A DNA stretch of 64,000 nt from an uncultured Lachnospiraceae bacterium. Its GTDB lineage: Bacteria > Bacillota > Clostridia > Lachnospirales > Lachnospiraceae. The DNA is taken from positions 1,456 through 65,455 of the forward strand of contig CANPYY010000011.1 in NCBI GenBank assembly GCA_947588675.1. Reading direction: 5' to 3'. Numbering within the stretch: the stretch's first letter is position 1; the number at the start of each line of letters is the position of its first letter. Under the pieces are notes generated by a model that had not been told where the DNA came from, made no database searches, and saw nothing but the letters and a program-made list of their open reading frames with translations. Of the stretch, positions 17,797-26,395 are shown piece after piece. The translations under genes were made by a program, and so were the position numbers.

Positions 17797-20785
17797 AAAG
17801 ATAATTTTCTTATTTTCGGTATGGGTTATTCTGCTGTTTCCTGTAAAACATGCGGATGCATCAGTATATGATAACGCGTATACATATTATGGAAAATATG
17901 GTTCGGAAAGTAAAAGTCCCGCAAGGCTTAATGAAAATGACGGTTATATATATTTTTGCTCGAAAGGGCTTACTGCATCTACGTCTACCCAATATAGAAC
18001 CGTGGGATATACGATAACCCTTACCGCAGGAAATAAAAAAGATTCCGTAGAGGTAAAACTTGGCGGAAGTTATGTAAAAGAAGTGTCGCAGGTAAAAAAA
18101 GACGGTTATACATATGTGCTTAGAAGGGCAAAGCTGAGTCTGCTGCAGACGTTATTTAACGGAAACAGTGCAATAACGTGGAATCAGATATATTGTAATA
18201 AAAATACATACAAATTTGATGCAATAATGACAGTGGTTGAGAATGGGAAACAGTTATGCGGTACTGTAAATGAAAGCAGCAATTACCGAACAATAAGCGC
18301 TGATACCAACAGTTATCTGTTTAGAAACGCATCGGGGATAAAAAAAGCCAGAAAATGGACCAATCCCTCTGACCTCAATAGTTTTTTTGATAAATCTGTA
18401 GTGTTTGAGCCTGTAAGTTATATAAAAACCAGAGATGCCTATGCGGAGGGTGAAAGCGGCAATGTTTTTTATGATAACGGCATGTATTATGTAAGGCAAA
18501 ATTCAGTAGTAAGGCTTTCTTTTGAGTCATATTTTGAAGATGCCGATGCTGCAAATCCGAAATTTCATCCAAATTATAATATGTACAATGTGACGGGATG
18601 GGGCGATAATCAGAAATATTATACAATGCAGAAGAATGCTAACGGAGAATGCTCAGGTATTATTAAAGACGGTACGGGAACGGAAAAACCTTTAGGTATT
18701 GTAAATACGGTAACTGCTGTTACTACAGGTTACAACGACTGTAAATATGCTTTCAGGAGTATGGCGCGGTTTAATTTTTATACGCCCGACGGAGGGGTTA
18801 CATATGTAAATACCGAAGGAAGGGTTTACTATGATTATTTATATCCGGGCAATCTTAGTATCAATGATAATCTGTGTGACAAAAGTTCGGACCATAATAA
18901 TACGATTAGCCTTATATCCGATGCAAAGGCGCCGGAAATATATCTGCCTAAGTATGTATCGGTAATTGCCGATTACTATATTCCGGTAACTGCATCTGAC
19001 GGCGGTTCGGGTATAAGAAGCCTTGCATTGTACAGAAGTGACGGACAGCTTATAAGACAGGTAAATTACAGCGGAAGAAATACTACTGTGTCATCTTATA
19101 GTGATTTCAGGGTTATTAATGATAACTATAAATATTTTATCAGGGCTGTCGACAATGTCGGCAATGTATATGATTCGGATTATGTAGTTTTCAGTAAACC
19201 GGTAGCGCATACGATAGACGCCTATATTGCAGGAGGAGTAAACGGTTATAACAGTTCTGTTATAACGGCAAATGTGTACGGCGGCAATTCAGAAATAGCG
19301 GAGCTTATAATCATGTCTGATTATGAGAAAAATCCGACGGAAGACAGAATAGTTTTTGTAAATCAAAGCGTTGTAAACCATACTCTGGCTTCGGGAAAGT
19401 ATATGTACAGATATGATGTAAATCCTATGTATATGTTAACCGGAAAGCCTGACGGAATATATAATATTGAAGTTATATCCGGCGGGAAATATGTTGGTTC
19501 AGATCCTGCAGTGCTGGTGCTGAAAAAAGATAAAACATCGCCTTTAATAGATATAAGATCTTATTTTAGCGAAGAAAAATGGAATAGATATGATTTGTCG
19601 CTAAAGTTTGATGTGAGCGATAATTTCAGCGGAGTAAACAGGGTGTGGGCAATATCGGGTAACGGAGAATTAAAAGGAAAACTTACAAATACGGCGCAGG
19701 GAGTATCTGCGCAGTATACGATAAACACTGAGGGTGAAAACAGTATTTATCTTAATGCCTCTGATATGGCAGGAAATGTAAAAACGAGAAAAATAAAATA
19801 TCTGATTGACAGGACGCCTCCAAAATGTATGCTGTCGGGGACGTTTACCGGTCTTGATTCTTCCAATGATGTATGGCTTAACAAAGATAAAATGAAAGGC
19901 GAAATATATGTCAGCGATGAATTAAGCGGGATGAGTGAAAAACAGTCGAAATATATTTTATATGACCGCGGAAGCGGAAGTACAAGAGAAGTGGAATTTA
20001 ATAATTTATTCGATTTGAACCTGAAAAATAAAAATACTGCAATACTGTCTTTTTCCGATAAGTTTATTGATACTATGGTAAGTTCAAAACGCAGTTATAT
20101 GGTTGAGGCTGAGGATGTTGCCGGGAACCTGAAAACAGTAAGGCTGTATCTTAATATTGATTTTGATGTCCCTGAAGCTGATTATGACTGCAGTAATCCG
20201 TGGAATGAAAAAACATATAGGGGGAATGTACATATTACTGACGAGCATTCAGGTGTAGCATCTGTAGAGGTATATGTTGATGATGAGTGTAAAAAGTCTG
20301 TATATGATATTAATAAAAATGAGTATATATTAAATCTTTCCATGGAGGAGTATGAAGAAAGTAAGCCTGACATTACTATAAAAATAACTGATGTGGCAGG
20401 AAATGTTTATGATTATCCGCTTATAAAGGGAGAAAAGATAAAACTAAGCGCATCAGTTTCAAGAATTGACAATAAGGAGCAGCCGGTATTTAACGCAGGC
20501 GAAAATGCTAGTTTAACAATTGAATATTCAGGCGATGCGGATACCATAAAAGTATTTTTCCCGGAGGAACTTTTAAAATATAATCCGGAGCTTAACAGGG
20601 AATATGATGTGTCAGACAGAAAGTGGATAAAGATAATAACCGGTTTTATTATACCTTTAAAGACTGACAACGGACATTATAAAGTGAAAGTCGCAGCGTA
20701 TAAGGGAGATAAAGAATATGCGGTGTATCCTCCCTTTGAGGTATACGGCTGTATTACAAGCCGGTTTAGGACAAGGATAAGGTAA
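17789..20785 (+). CDS. Large secreted Ig-repeat protein, candidate pilus-associated adhesin
   Basis: 998 aa. Signal peptide (IIFLFSVWVILLFPVKHADA). Four modules bracketed by D-x-x-SG and D-x-(A/V)-GN motifs. No LPXTG motif and no C-terminal TM. Start overlaps the cpaB-like stop by 8 nt. Confidence 0.7.
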   Translation: MGKKIIFLFSVWVILLFPVKHADASVYDNAYTYYGKYGSESKSPARLNENDGYIYFCSKGLTASTSTQYRTVGYTITLTAGNKKDSVEVKLGGSYVKEVSQVKKDGYTYVLRRAKLSLLQTLFNGNSAITWNQIYCNKNTYKFDAIMTVVENGKQLCGTVNESSNYRTISADTNSYLFRNASGIKKARKWTNPSDLNSFFDKSVVFEPVSYIKTRDAYAEGESGNVFYDNGMYYVRQNSVVRLSFESYFEDADAANPKFHPNYNMYNVTGWGDNQKYYTMQKNANGECSGIIKDGTGTEKPLGIVNTVTAVTTGYNDCKYAFRSMARFNFYTPDGGVTYVNTEGRVYYDYLYPGNLSINDNLCDKSSDHNNTISLISDAKAPEIYLPKYVSVIADYYIPVTASDGGSGIRSLALYRSDGQLIRQVNYSGRNTTVSSYSDFRVINDNYKYFIRAVDNVGNVYDSDYVVFSKPVAHTIDAYIAGGVNGYNSSVITANVYGGNSEIAELIIMSDYEKNPTEDRIVFVNQSVVNHTLASGKYMYRYDVNPMYMLTGKPDGIYNIEVISGGKYVGSDPAVLVLKKDKTSPLIDIRSYFSEEKWNRYDLSLKFDVSDNFSGVNRVWAISGNGELKGKLTNTAQGVSAQYTINTEGENSIYLNASDMAGNVKTRKIKYLIDRTPPKCMLSGTFTGLDSSNDVWLNKDKMKGEIYVSDELSGMSEKQSKYILYDRGSGSTREVEFNNLFDLNLKNKNTAILSFSDKFIDTMVSSKRSYMVEAEDVAGNLKTVRLYLNIDFDVPEADYDCSNPWNEKTYRGNVHITDEHSGVASVEVYVDDECKKSVYDINKNEYILNLSMEEYEESKPDITIKITDVAGNVYDYPLIKGEKIKLSASVSRIDNKEQPVFNAGENASLTIEYSGDADTIKVFFPEELLKYNPELNREYDVSDRKWIKIITGFIIPLKTDNGHYKVKVAAYKGDKEYAVYPPFEVYGCITSRFRTRIR
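18995..20404 (+). repeat. Four tandem Ig-like (OmpL47/chitobiase-C-like) protein modules inside the 998-aa ORF
   Basis: SDGGSG 18995-19012 with DNVGN 19151-19165. SDNFSG 19616-19633 with DMAGN 19763-19777. SDELSG 19913-19930 with DVAGN 20114-20128. TDEHSG 20237-20254 with DVAGN 20390-20404. Confidence 0.6.
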
Positions 20786-20866
20786 TATTTTATGGGGATT
20801 TTATTTAATATTGCTATGACATGCAGGATACTTCATAAAAAAGACCATACCATATGGAGATGCCAT

Positions 20867-21436
20867 ATGGTATGGTATCTGGGTATATGCACGGCGCTTT
20901 ATATGTCGGCAGGAATATATTTTTTGTGTCTTGGTGATATTTACAGTTTTTTACGTATTTATTATTTATCATGGCTTATGGTAATGGCATATGTGGATTA
21001 TCGTACCGGATATGTATATAATTGTATGGAATATACGGTTATTTTTCCATTGCTTCTTTGTCTTGTTTGTATATATAATACTAAAGATTGCAGTATGTAT
21101 GCGGCGGTTTTCGGAGTGGCAGAAGTTATATATGCAGTAGTTATACAGATTTTTACCCATATGGGGTGCATGGGTGAAGGGGACCGGGATATACTTATAG
21201 TTAATTCGGTAATTATGAGTACGGGAATAATAAATAATATTAATGAAATACATACACAGGTTTATATTGTTATGGAATGTATAGCGGATAATATGGTGTT
21301 TTCAATGCTTGCTTCTGGATTGTTTGTAATAAGAAATATACGGTACATAAAGCTTAAAAAGCTGAGGCTGAAAAAAAGCAGGCCGTTTCTTCCAAGCATA
21401 TATATGGCTGCGGTTATAATGTTTTTTATAAAATAG
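20867..21436 (+). CDS. A24-family prepilin peptidase (TadV/CpaA-like)
   Basis: ORF 20792-21436. ATG 20867 lies 7 nt after GGAG. Polytopic membrane protein with the two aspartate contexts AYVDYRTGYV and GEGDRD (compare GxGD). Confidence 0.6.
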   Translation: MVWYLGICTALYMSAGIYFLCLGDIYSFLRIYYLSWLMVMAYVDYRTGYVYNCMEYTVIFPLLLCLVCIYNTKDCSMYAAVFGVAEVIYAVVIQIFTHMGCMGEGDRDILIVNSVIMSTGIINNINEIHTQVYIVMECIADNMVFSMLASGLFVIRNIRYIKLKKLRLKKSRPFLPSIYMAAVIMFFIK

Positions 21437-21497
21437 GTTTTACTTTTATCCCGATATAATGTATATTATTGAATAATATTAAAAGGATGGTTATCAG

Positions 21498-24032
21498 ATG
21501 ACAAGAGAAGAATTTGCCGGATTAATTAATAAGGGTATAGTAATACTTGACGGGGCAACAGGTTCCATGCTGCAAAAAAGCGGTATGAATCCGGGAAAGT
21601 GTCCAGAAACATGGATTATTGAGCATAAGGATATAATGATTAATCTTCAGAAGGAATATATTAAGGCCGGAAGTGATATTGTATATGCCCCTACGTTTAC
21701 GGGAAACAGAATAAAGCTTGATGAATACGGACTTGCAGATGAAATAGAGAAAATAAACAGGGAGCTTGTACGGATATCTAAGAGGGCGGTAAAGGAAGCC
21801 CTGGAGGAACTTGCCTCCTGTGGTATTACAGACAGGCGCTGCTATGTTGCGGGAGATATTACAATGACCGGGCAGCAGTTATATCCTGTCGGAACGCTTC
21901 CGTTTGAAGAACTTGTAGATATATATAAGGAACAGCTTGGTTATATGTATAAAGAAGGCATAGACCTTGTTGTTATAGAAACAATGATGAGTCTGCAGGA
22001 GTGCCGGGCAGCTCTGCTTGCCGTAAAAGAAACTTCAGCTCTCCCGGTAATGGTTACTCTTTCTTTTGAGGAGGATGGCAGGACCTTGTTTGGAACTGAC
22101 CCGGTTACGGCAGTTACGGTACTGCAATCCATGGGAGCTGACGCCGTTGGTGCTAATTGTTCATCAGGTCCGGACAGGATGGTTCCTGTAATAGAAAAAA
22201 TGATGTCTGTTGCAAAAATTCCTGTTATAGCAAAACCAAATTGTGGAATACCGGTGCTAAAAGACGGTAAAACGACATATTCAAATACTCCCGGGGAATT
22301 TGCAAAAGAGGCTGAAAAACTTATAAAACAGGGCGTTTCCATAATAGGAGGCTGCTGCGGAACTGATCCGGAGTGTATTATGCTTATTAAAAGAGCGGCG
22401 GTAGAAATGGATACTGAAGAGAGAAAGGAATATGTAAAAAAACTGCAATATGACGCCGGAAAGAAAAAAATTCTTTCAGGTGAAAGAAAATCGATTGACA
22501 TTGCCGCAGGAGAGAAATTTTTGGTTATAGGTGAAAGAATTAATCCTACAGGAAAAAAGAATCTGCAGGCAGCGCTTAAAGAGGATAATATCGCGCCTGT
22601 AATAACGATGGCTGAAGAACAGGCGGAATATGGAGCAGATATACTTGACGTCAACGTGGGTATGAATGGAATTGATGAAAAGGAAATTATGGTTAAGGTT
22701 GTAAGTGAACTTTCCGGAGCCGTGAACCTGCCGTTATGTATAGATACAAGCTCGCCGGAAGTAATGGAGGCGGCGCTTAGGATTTACCCCGGCAGGGCGT
22801 TAATGAATTCAATAAGCCTTGACCCTGCAAGAATGGATAAACTTCTTAAAATTGCAAAAAAGTATGGCGCAATGTTTATACTCCTTCCGCTGTCAGAGGC
22901 CGGACTTCCAAAGGATATAGATGAAAAGAAAAATATAATTAATACAATCGTTTCCGGAGCGCATGAGTATGGTATTAGTAATGACTGCATAATAACGGAC
23001 GGGTTGGTTGCGACTGTTGGGGCAAATAAAAATGCAGCCCTTGAAACATTGGAAACAATAAGATACTGCAAAGATGAACTTAGGCTTGAAACAGTATGCG
23101 GATTGTCAAATATTTCTTTTGGACTTCCTGAGAGGTCGTATGTTAATTCAGCATTTATGGCGATTGCAATAAATGCCGGTCTTACGATGGCCATTGCAAA
23201 TCCAATGCAGGAACTTTTGATGAATAGTATGTATGCTGCGGACATGCTTATGGCGAAAAATGATTCTGATGCCAGGTATGTGGAGCGTATAACGGTATTT
23301 AATGAGGAGCACAGAAAAGAAACCGTAACAGTTAAAAATAATGATGATAATAAACAAAAAAAGACGGATTATTCTTATTGCGGTGATGAAGCGCCGGTAT
23401 GTGACGGGAAAATCTATGATGCAGTATTAAAAGGAAGAAAAGAAAATATAATTTCGCATGTAAAAGATGCACTTTCAGGAAAATTAAAACCGGAAATAAT
23501 TATTAACGAGGCGCTTATTCCTGCGATAAATAAAGTTGGCGAGCTGTATGGGGAAGGACGGTATTTTCTGCCGCAGCTTATGAAAAGCGCAGAAACCATG
23601 AAGGCGGCAATAGATTATCTGGAACCGCTGTTAGATGATAAAAGTAAAGGAGATACAAAAGGCGTAATAGTGATAGCAACAGTAAAAGGGGATATACATG
23701 ATATAGGTAAAAACCTTGTTGCAATTATGCTGAAAAATTATGGATATACGGTTTATGACCTTGGAAAAAATGTGGAGGCAGATGAGATAATAGATGCTGC
23801 GAGACGGTATAATGCAGATATAATCGGACTGTCCGCATTGATGACGACGACAATGATGGAAATGAAAAATGTAGTTGATTTAGCAAAGCGTAGTGGTATA
23901 AAAGCAAAAATAATGATAGGCGGCGCGGTGGTAACGGAAGATTTTGCAATAGAAATTGGCGCCGATGGATATTCTGCGGATGCCGGTGAAGCCGTGACCG
24001 TTGCAAACAGGCTTGTTAATGACGGTAAATAG
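21498..24032 (+). CDS. metH: Cobalamin-dependent methionine synthase, short form without the AdoMet reactivation domain
   Basis: 844 aa. Hcy-binding domain (GGCCGT), pterin-binding barrel, B12 cap and Rossmann domain with DIHDIGKN (DxHxxG) and SALMTTT. The protein ends right after the B12 domain. Confidence 0.9.
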   Translation: MTREEFAGLINKGIVILDGATGSMLQKSGMNPGKCPETWIIEHKDIMINLQKEYIKAGSDIVYAPTFTGNRIKLDEYGLADEIEKINRELVRISKRAVKEALEELASCGITDRRCYVAGDITMTGQQLYPVGTLPFEELVDIYKEQLGYMYKEGIDLVVIETMMSLQECRAALLAVKETSALPVMVTLSFEEDGRTLFGTDPVTAVTVLQSMGADAVGANCSSGPDRMVPVIEKMMSVAKIPVIAKPNCGIPVLKDGKTTYSNTPGEFAKEAEKLIKQGVSIIGGCCGTDPECIMLIKRAAVEMDTEERKEYVKKLQYDAGKKKILSGERKSIDIAAGEKFLVIGERINPTGKKNLQAALKEDNIAPVITMAEEQAEYGADILDVNVGMNGIDEKEIMVKVVSELSGAVNLPLCIDTSSPEVMEAALRIYPGRALMNSISLDPARMDKLLKIAKKYGAMFILLPLSEAGLPKDIDEKKNIINTIVSGAHEYGISNDCIITDGLVATVGANKNAALETLETIRYCKDELRLETVCGLSNISFGLPERSYVNSAFMAIAINAGLTMAIANPMQELLMNSMYAADMLMAKNDSDARYVERITVFNEEHRKETVTVKNNDDNKQKKTDYSYCGDEAPVCDGKIYDAVLKGRKENIISHVKDALSGKLKPEIIINEALIPAINKVGELYGEGRYFLPQLMKSAETMKAAIDYLEPLLDDKSKGDTKGVIVIATVKGDIHDIGKNLVAIMLKNYGYTVYDLGKNVEADEIIDAARRYNADIIGLSALMTTTMMEMKNVVDLAKRSGIKAKIMIGGAVVTEDFAIEIGADGYSADAGEAVTVANRLVNDGK

Positions 24033-24050
24033 TATAATGGAGTGAGTATA

Positions 24051-24980
24051 ATGTCGAATATAAATGTTATTATACCTGTATTCAATCCTTCGGCTGAGCT
24101 TCAGTTGATATTAAAGGAACTGAACAGCCAGACTTTAAAGCCTAAGAAGATAATACTTTTATGGACAATTCCATCTGGGAAAAATCCGGATATTGAGAAA
24201 AAAAAGGCGGAAACATACAGACGGGATAATGTACTTATAGAATATATAGAGCAGAAAGACTTTGACCACGGGGCTACCAGACGTAAAGGAATGGAGCTTT
24301 CTGATTCGGAATATGTTCTTTGTATGACGCAGGATGCGACGCCGTATGATGATATGCTTATTGAAAATATGCGTAAAGCGTTTGACGACAGAAAAGTTGC
24401 GGCGGTATACGCAAGGCAGTTGCCTTCGGAGGATGCAGGGTGCATAGAAGTAATAACAAGAGAATTTAATTATCCTGACACGGAAAGGACACAGAATAAA
24501 GATACTCTTAAAAAGTACGGTATAAAGACGTATTTTTGTTCAGATGTGTGTGCAATGTATAAAAAAATATATTATAATGAAGCCGGAGGATTTGTAAAAA
24601 AGACTATATTTAATGAGGACATGCTTATGGCGGCTGCGCTTATAGATTTGGGATATACCGTAAAATATGTGCCGGAAGCTTTGGTTGTACATTCGCATAA
24701 TTATTCATATGTAAAACAGTTTAAACGAAATTTTGACATGGCGGTTTCACATAGGGAGTATTCCGAAGTTTTTGAGCGGGTTTCTTCTGAATCGGAGGGA
24801 ATAAAGCTGGTAAGAAAAACAGCGTCTGAGCTTATTAAAATGGGAAAAATATATCTTATACCTGATTTGTTTATACAGAGTGCTTTCAAATATATGGGAT
24901 ACAGGTTCGGTAAAGTATATGATAAGCTGCCAAAAAGTATTGTTATGAAATTTACAATGAATAAAAATTATTGGATTTGA
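24051..24980 (+). CDS. Family 2 glycosyltransferase (rhamnosyltransferase-like)
   Basis: ORF 24042-24980. ATG 24051 lies 8 nt after GGAG. GT-A N-terminus NVIIPVFNP, plus a DxD-like QDATP. Confidence 0.75.
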   Translation: MSNINVIIPVFNPSAELQLILKELNSQTLKPKKIILLWTIPSGKNPDIEKKKAETYRRDNVLIEYIEQKDFDHGATRRKGMELSDSEYVLCMTQDATPYDDMLIENMRKAFDDRKVAAVYARQLPSEDAGCIEVITREFNYPDTERTQNKDTLKKYGIKTYFCSDVCAMYKKIYYNEAGGFVKKTIFNEDMLMAAALIDLGYTVKYVPEALVVHSHNYSYVKQFKRNFDMAVSHREYSEVFERVSSESEGIKLVRKTASELIKMGKIYLIPDLFIQSAFKYMGYRFGKVYDKLPKSIVMKFTMNKNYWI

Positions 24981-25006
24981 TATATGGAGCTGGGGAGAAT
25001 GACGGT

Positions 25007-26008
25007 ATGGAAGAAGAAAAGAAAAAAAAGAAAAAGTGGAGCGGGAAAAGGAAAGCGTTTTGGATTTTTATGGTTTGTATGGTTATCGTTGCGACTTTGG
25101 CAGGAAATAGAGCAGCGGCGTTCAAGTGGAAGATTCAAAGTACGTTAAACCTTATGGACAGGGATTCTTCAAATGTTATTGAAAATGTTGATAAAGAATT
25201 TTCCGTAAATACTTCAGATACGCAGAGTAACGGTGAAATAATAAATATACTGCTTGTCGGCGCAGATAAGCGAAGTACGTGGAAAGAAGACGGGCGTTCT
25301 GATTCGTGTATGATTGCAACGCTGGACATGAAAAATGAAAAGATTAAGATTACATCCATTATGAGGGATATATACATAGATATACCGGATAAAGGAAAAC
25401 ACAAATTTAATGCGGCTTATTCTTATGGCGGCGTGGAACTTTTATATAAAACGATACTAAGTAATTTCGGCGTTTCTGTACAGGGGTATGTAGTTGTGGA
25501 CTTTGAAGCTTTCAGGAAAGTTATAGATACGCTTGGCGGGGTAGAAATAAATCTTACTGAAGAAGAATATAGTATACTTATGAGTAGATATCACCGTACT
25601 TCCGTGCTTAAACTTAAACCGGGATTAAATAATATGAATGGAACACAGGCACTTGCATATTGCAGGCTCAGGCAGGATTTAAAAGGGGATTTCGGACGTA
25701 CTGAAAGACAGCGTAATGTATTAAACCAGATATTCCTTTCCATGAAATCAAAGCCGATAAGCAAATGGTATGAAACTGCGGAGGCAGTTATGCCGTTTAT
25801 ATCTACGGATCTTAGTAATGATGAAATATTTTCGTTACTTAAAAACGTTGTATTTATGGGGACAACTGATGTGGAGCAGTTAAGAATACCCGTTGATGGT
25901 ACTTATAAAAACGGTTCGGTAAATGGACAGCTTATACTTGAAACAGACATTAAAGCCAATAAAAAGGCTATTAATGAGTATATATTTGGAAAAGATGAAA
26001 TTAATTAA
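25007..26008 (+). CDS. LCP (LytR-CpsA-Psr) family cell-wall glycopolymer ligase
   Basis: ORF 24971-26008. ATG 25007 follows GGGGAG. Lys-rich tail plus TM (FWIFMVCMVIVATLAG). LCP core ILLVGADKR, DSCMIATLD, LAYCRLR. Confidence 0.85.
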   Translation: MEEEKKKKKKWSGKRKAFWIFMVCMVIVATLAGNRAAAFKWKIQSTLNLMDRDSSNVIENVDKEFSVNTSDTQSNGEIINILLVGADKRSTWKEDGRSDSCMIATLDMKNEKIKITSIMRDIYIDIPDKGKHKFNAAYSYGGVELLYKTILSNFGVSVQGYVVVDFEAFRKVIDTLGGVEINLTEEEYSILMSRYHRTSVLKLKPGLNNMNGTQALAYCRLRQDLKGDFGRTERQRNVLNQIFLSMKSKPISKWYETAEAVMPFISTDLSNDEIFSLLKNVVFMGTTDVEQLRIPVDGTYKNGSVNGQLILETDIKANKKAINEYIFGKDEIN

Positions 26009-26016
26009 AATTTATC

Positions 26017-26045
26017 TTGACAGGGATACTCATATTTATTATACT
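26017..26045 (+). promoter_or_regulatory. Sigma-A type promoter of the ilvD-ilvB leader
   Basis: TTGACA (26017-26022), 17-nt spacer, TATACT (26040-26045). Confidence 0.6.
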
Positions 26046-26073
26046 TAACCAATATCAATAATTAAAGATTATT

Positions 26074-26355
26074 AAAGGCAATGATGAGGAGGAGTACATA
26101 TATTGTTTCTGCAAAAGAGAGGAAGCGGCTGGTGTAAGCTTTCGTGAAACATATGTGGAAGGTAGCCTTGGAGCTTTGGACTGAACGGATATTTCCCAGT
26201 AGATTCCAACGTGATTTCCAGACGTTATATTGGAAGCGGCATGAACGGATATGGTTTTTACAGTGCCGGATGAGTGCAGATTTACTCTGAAGTTAGGTGG
26301 TAACACGGACTTATATGTTCGCCCTAAGTGGATGCTTTCCATTTAGGGTATTTTT
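26074..26355 (+). promoter_or_regulatory. T-box riboswitch leader (tRNA-sensing transcription attenuator)
   Basis: Stem I elements: AUGAUGA (26081-26087), AGUA (26093-26096), AGAGAG bulge (26116-26121), distal GGCUGGUGUAAGC (26127-26139), and specifier-loop 3' side GAAGGUAG (26158-26165). T-box sequence AGUUAGGUGGUAACACGG (26291-26308). Terminator CCCTAAGTGG / CCATTTAGGG plus a T-run (26322-26355). Confidence 0.85.
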
Positions 26356-26395
26356 ACGTTATATTATTATATGAAAAGTGAAAGGATTGAGGAAT

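Noticed and set aside
26055-26342. 95-aa minus-strand ORF in the LCP-ilvD gap
   Set aside because: It lies exactly antisense to a leader that carries all T-box hallmarks. It has no RBS and its translation looks arbitrary. The RNA element explains the region.
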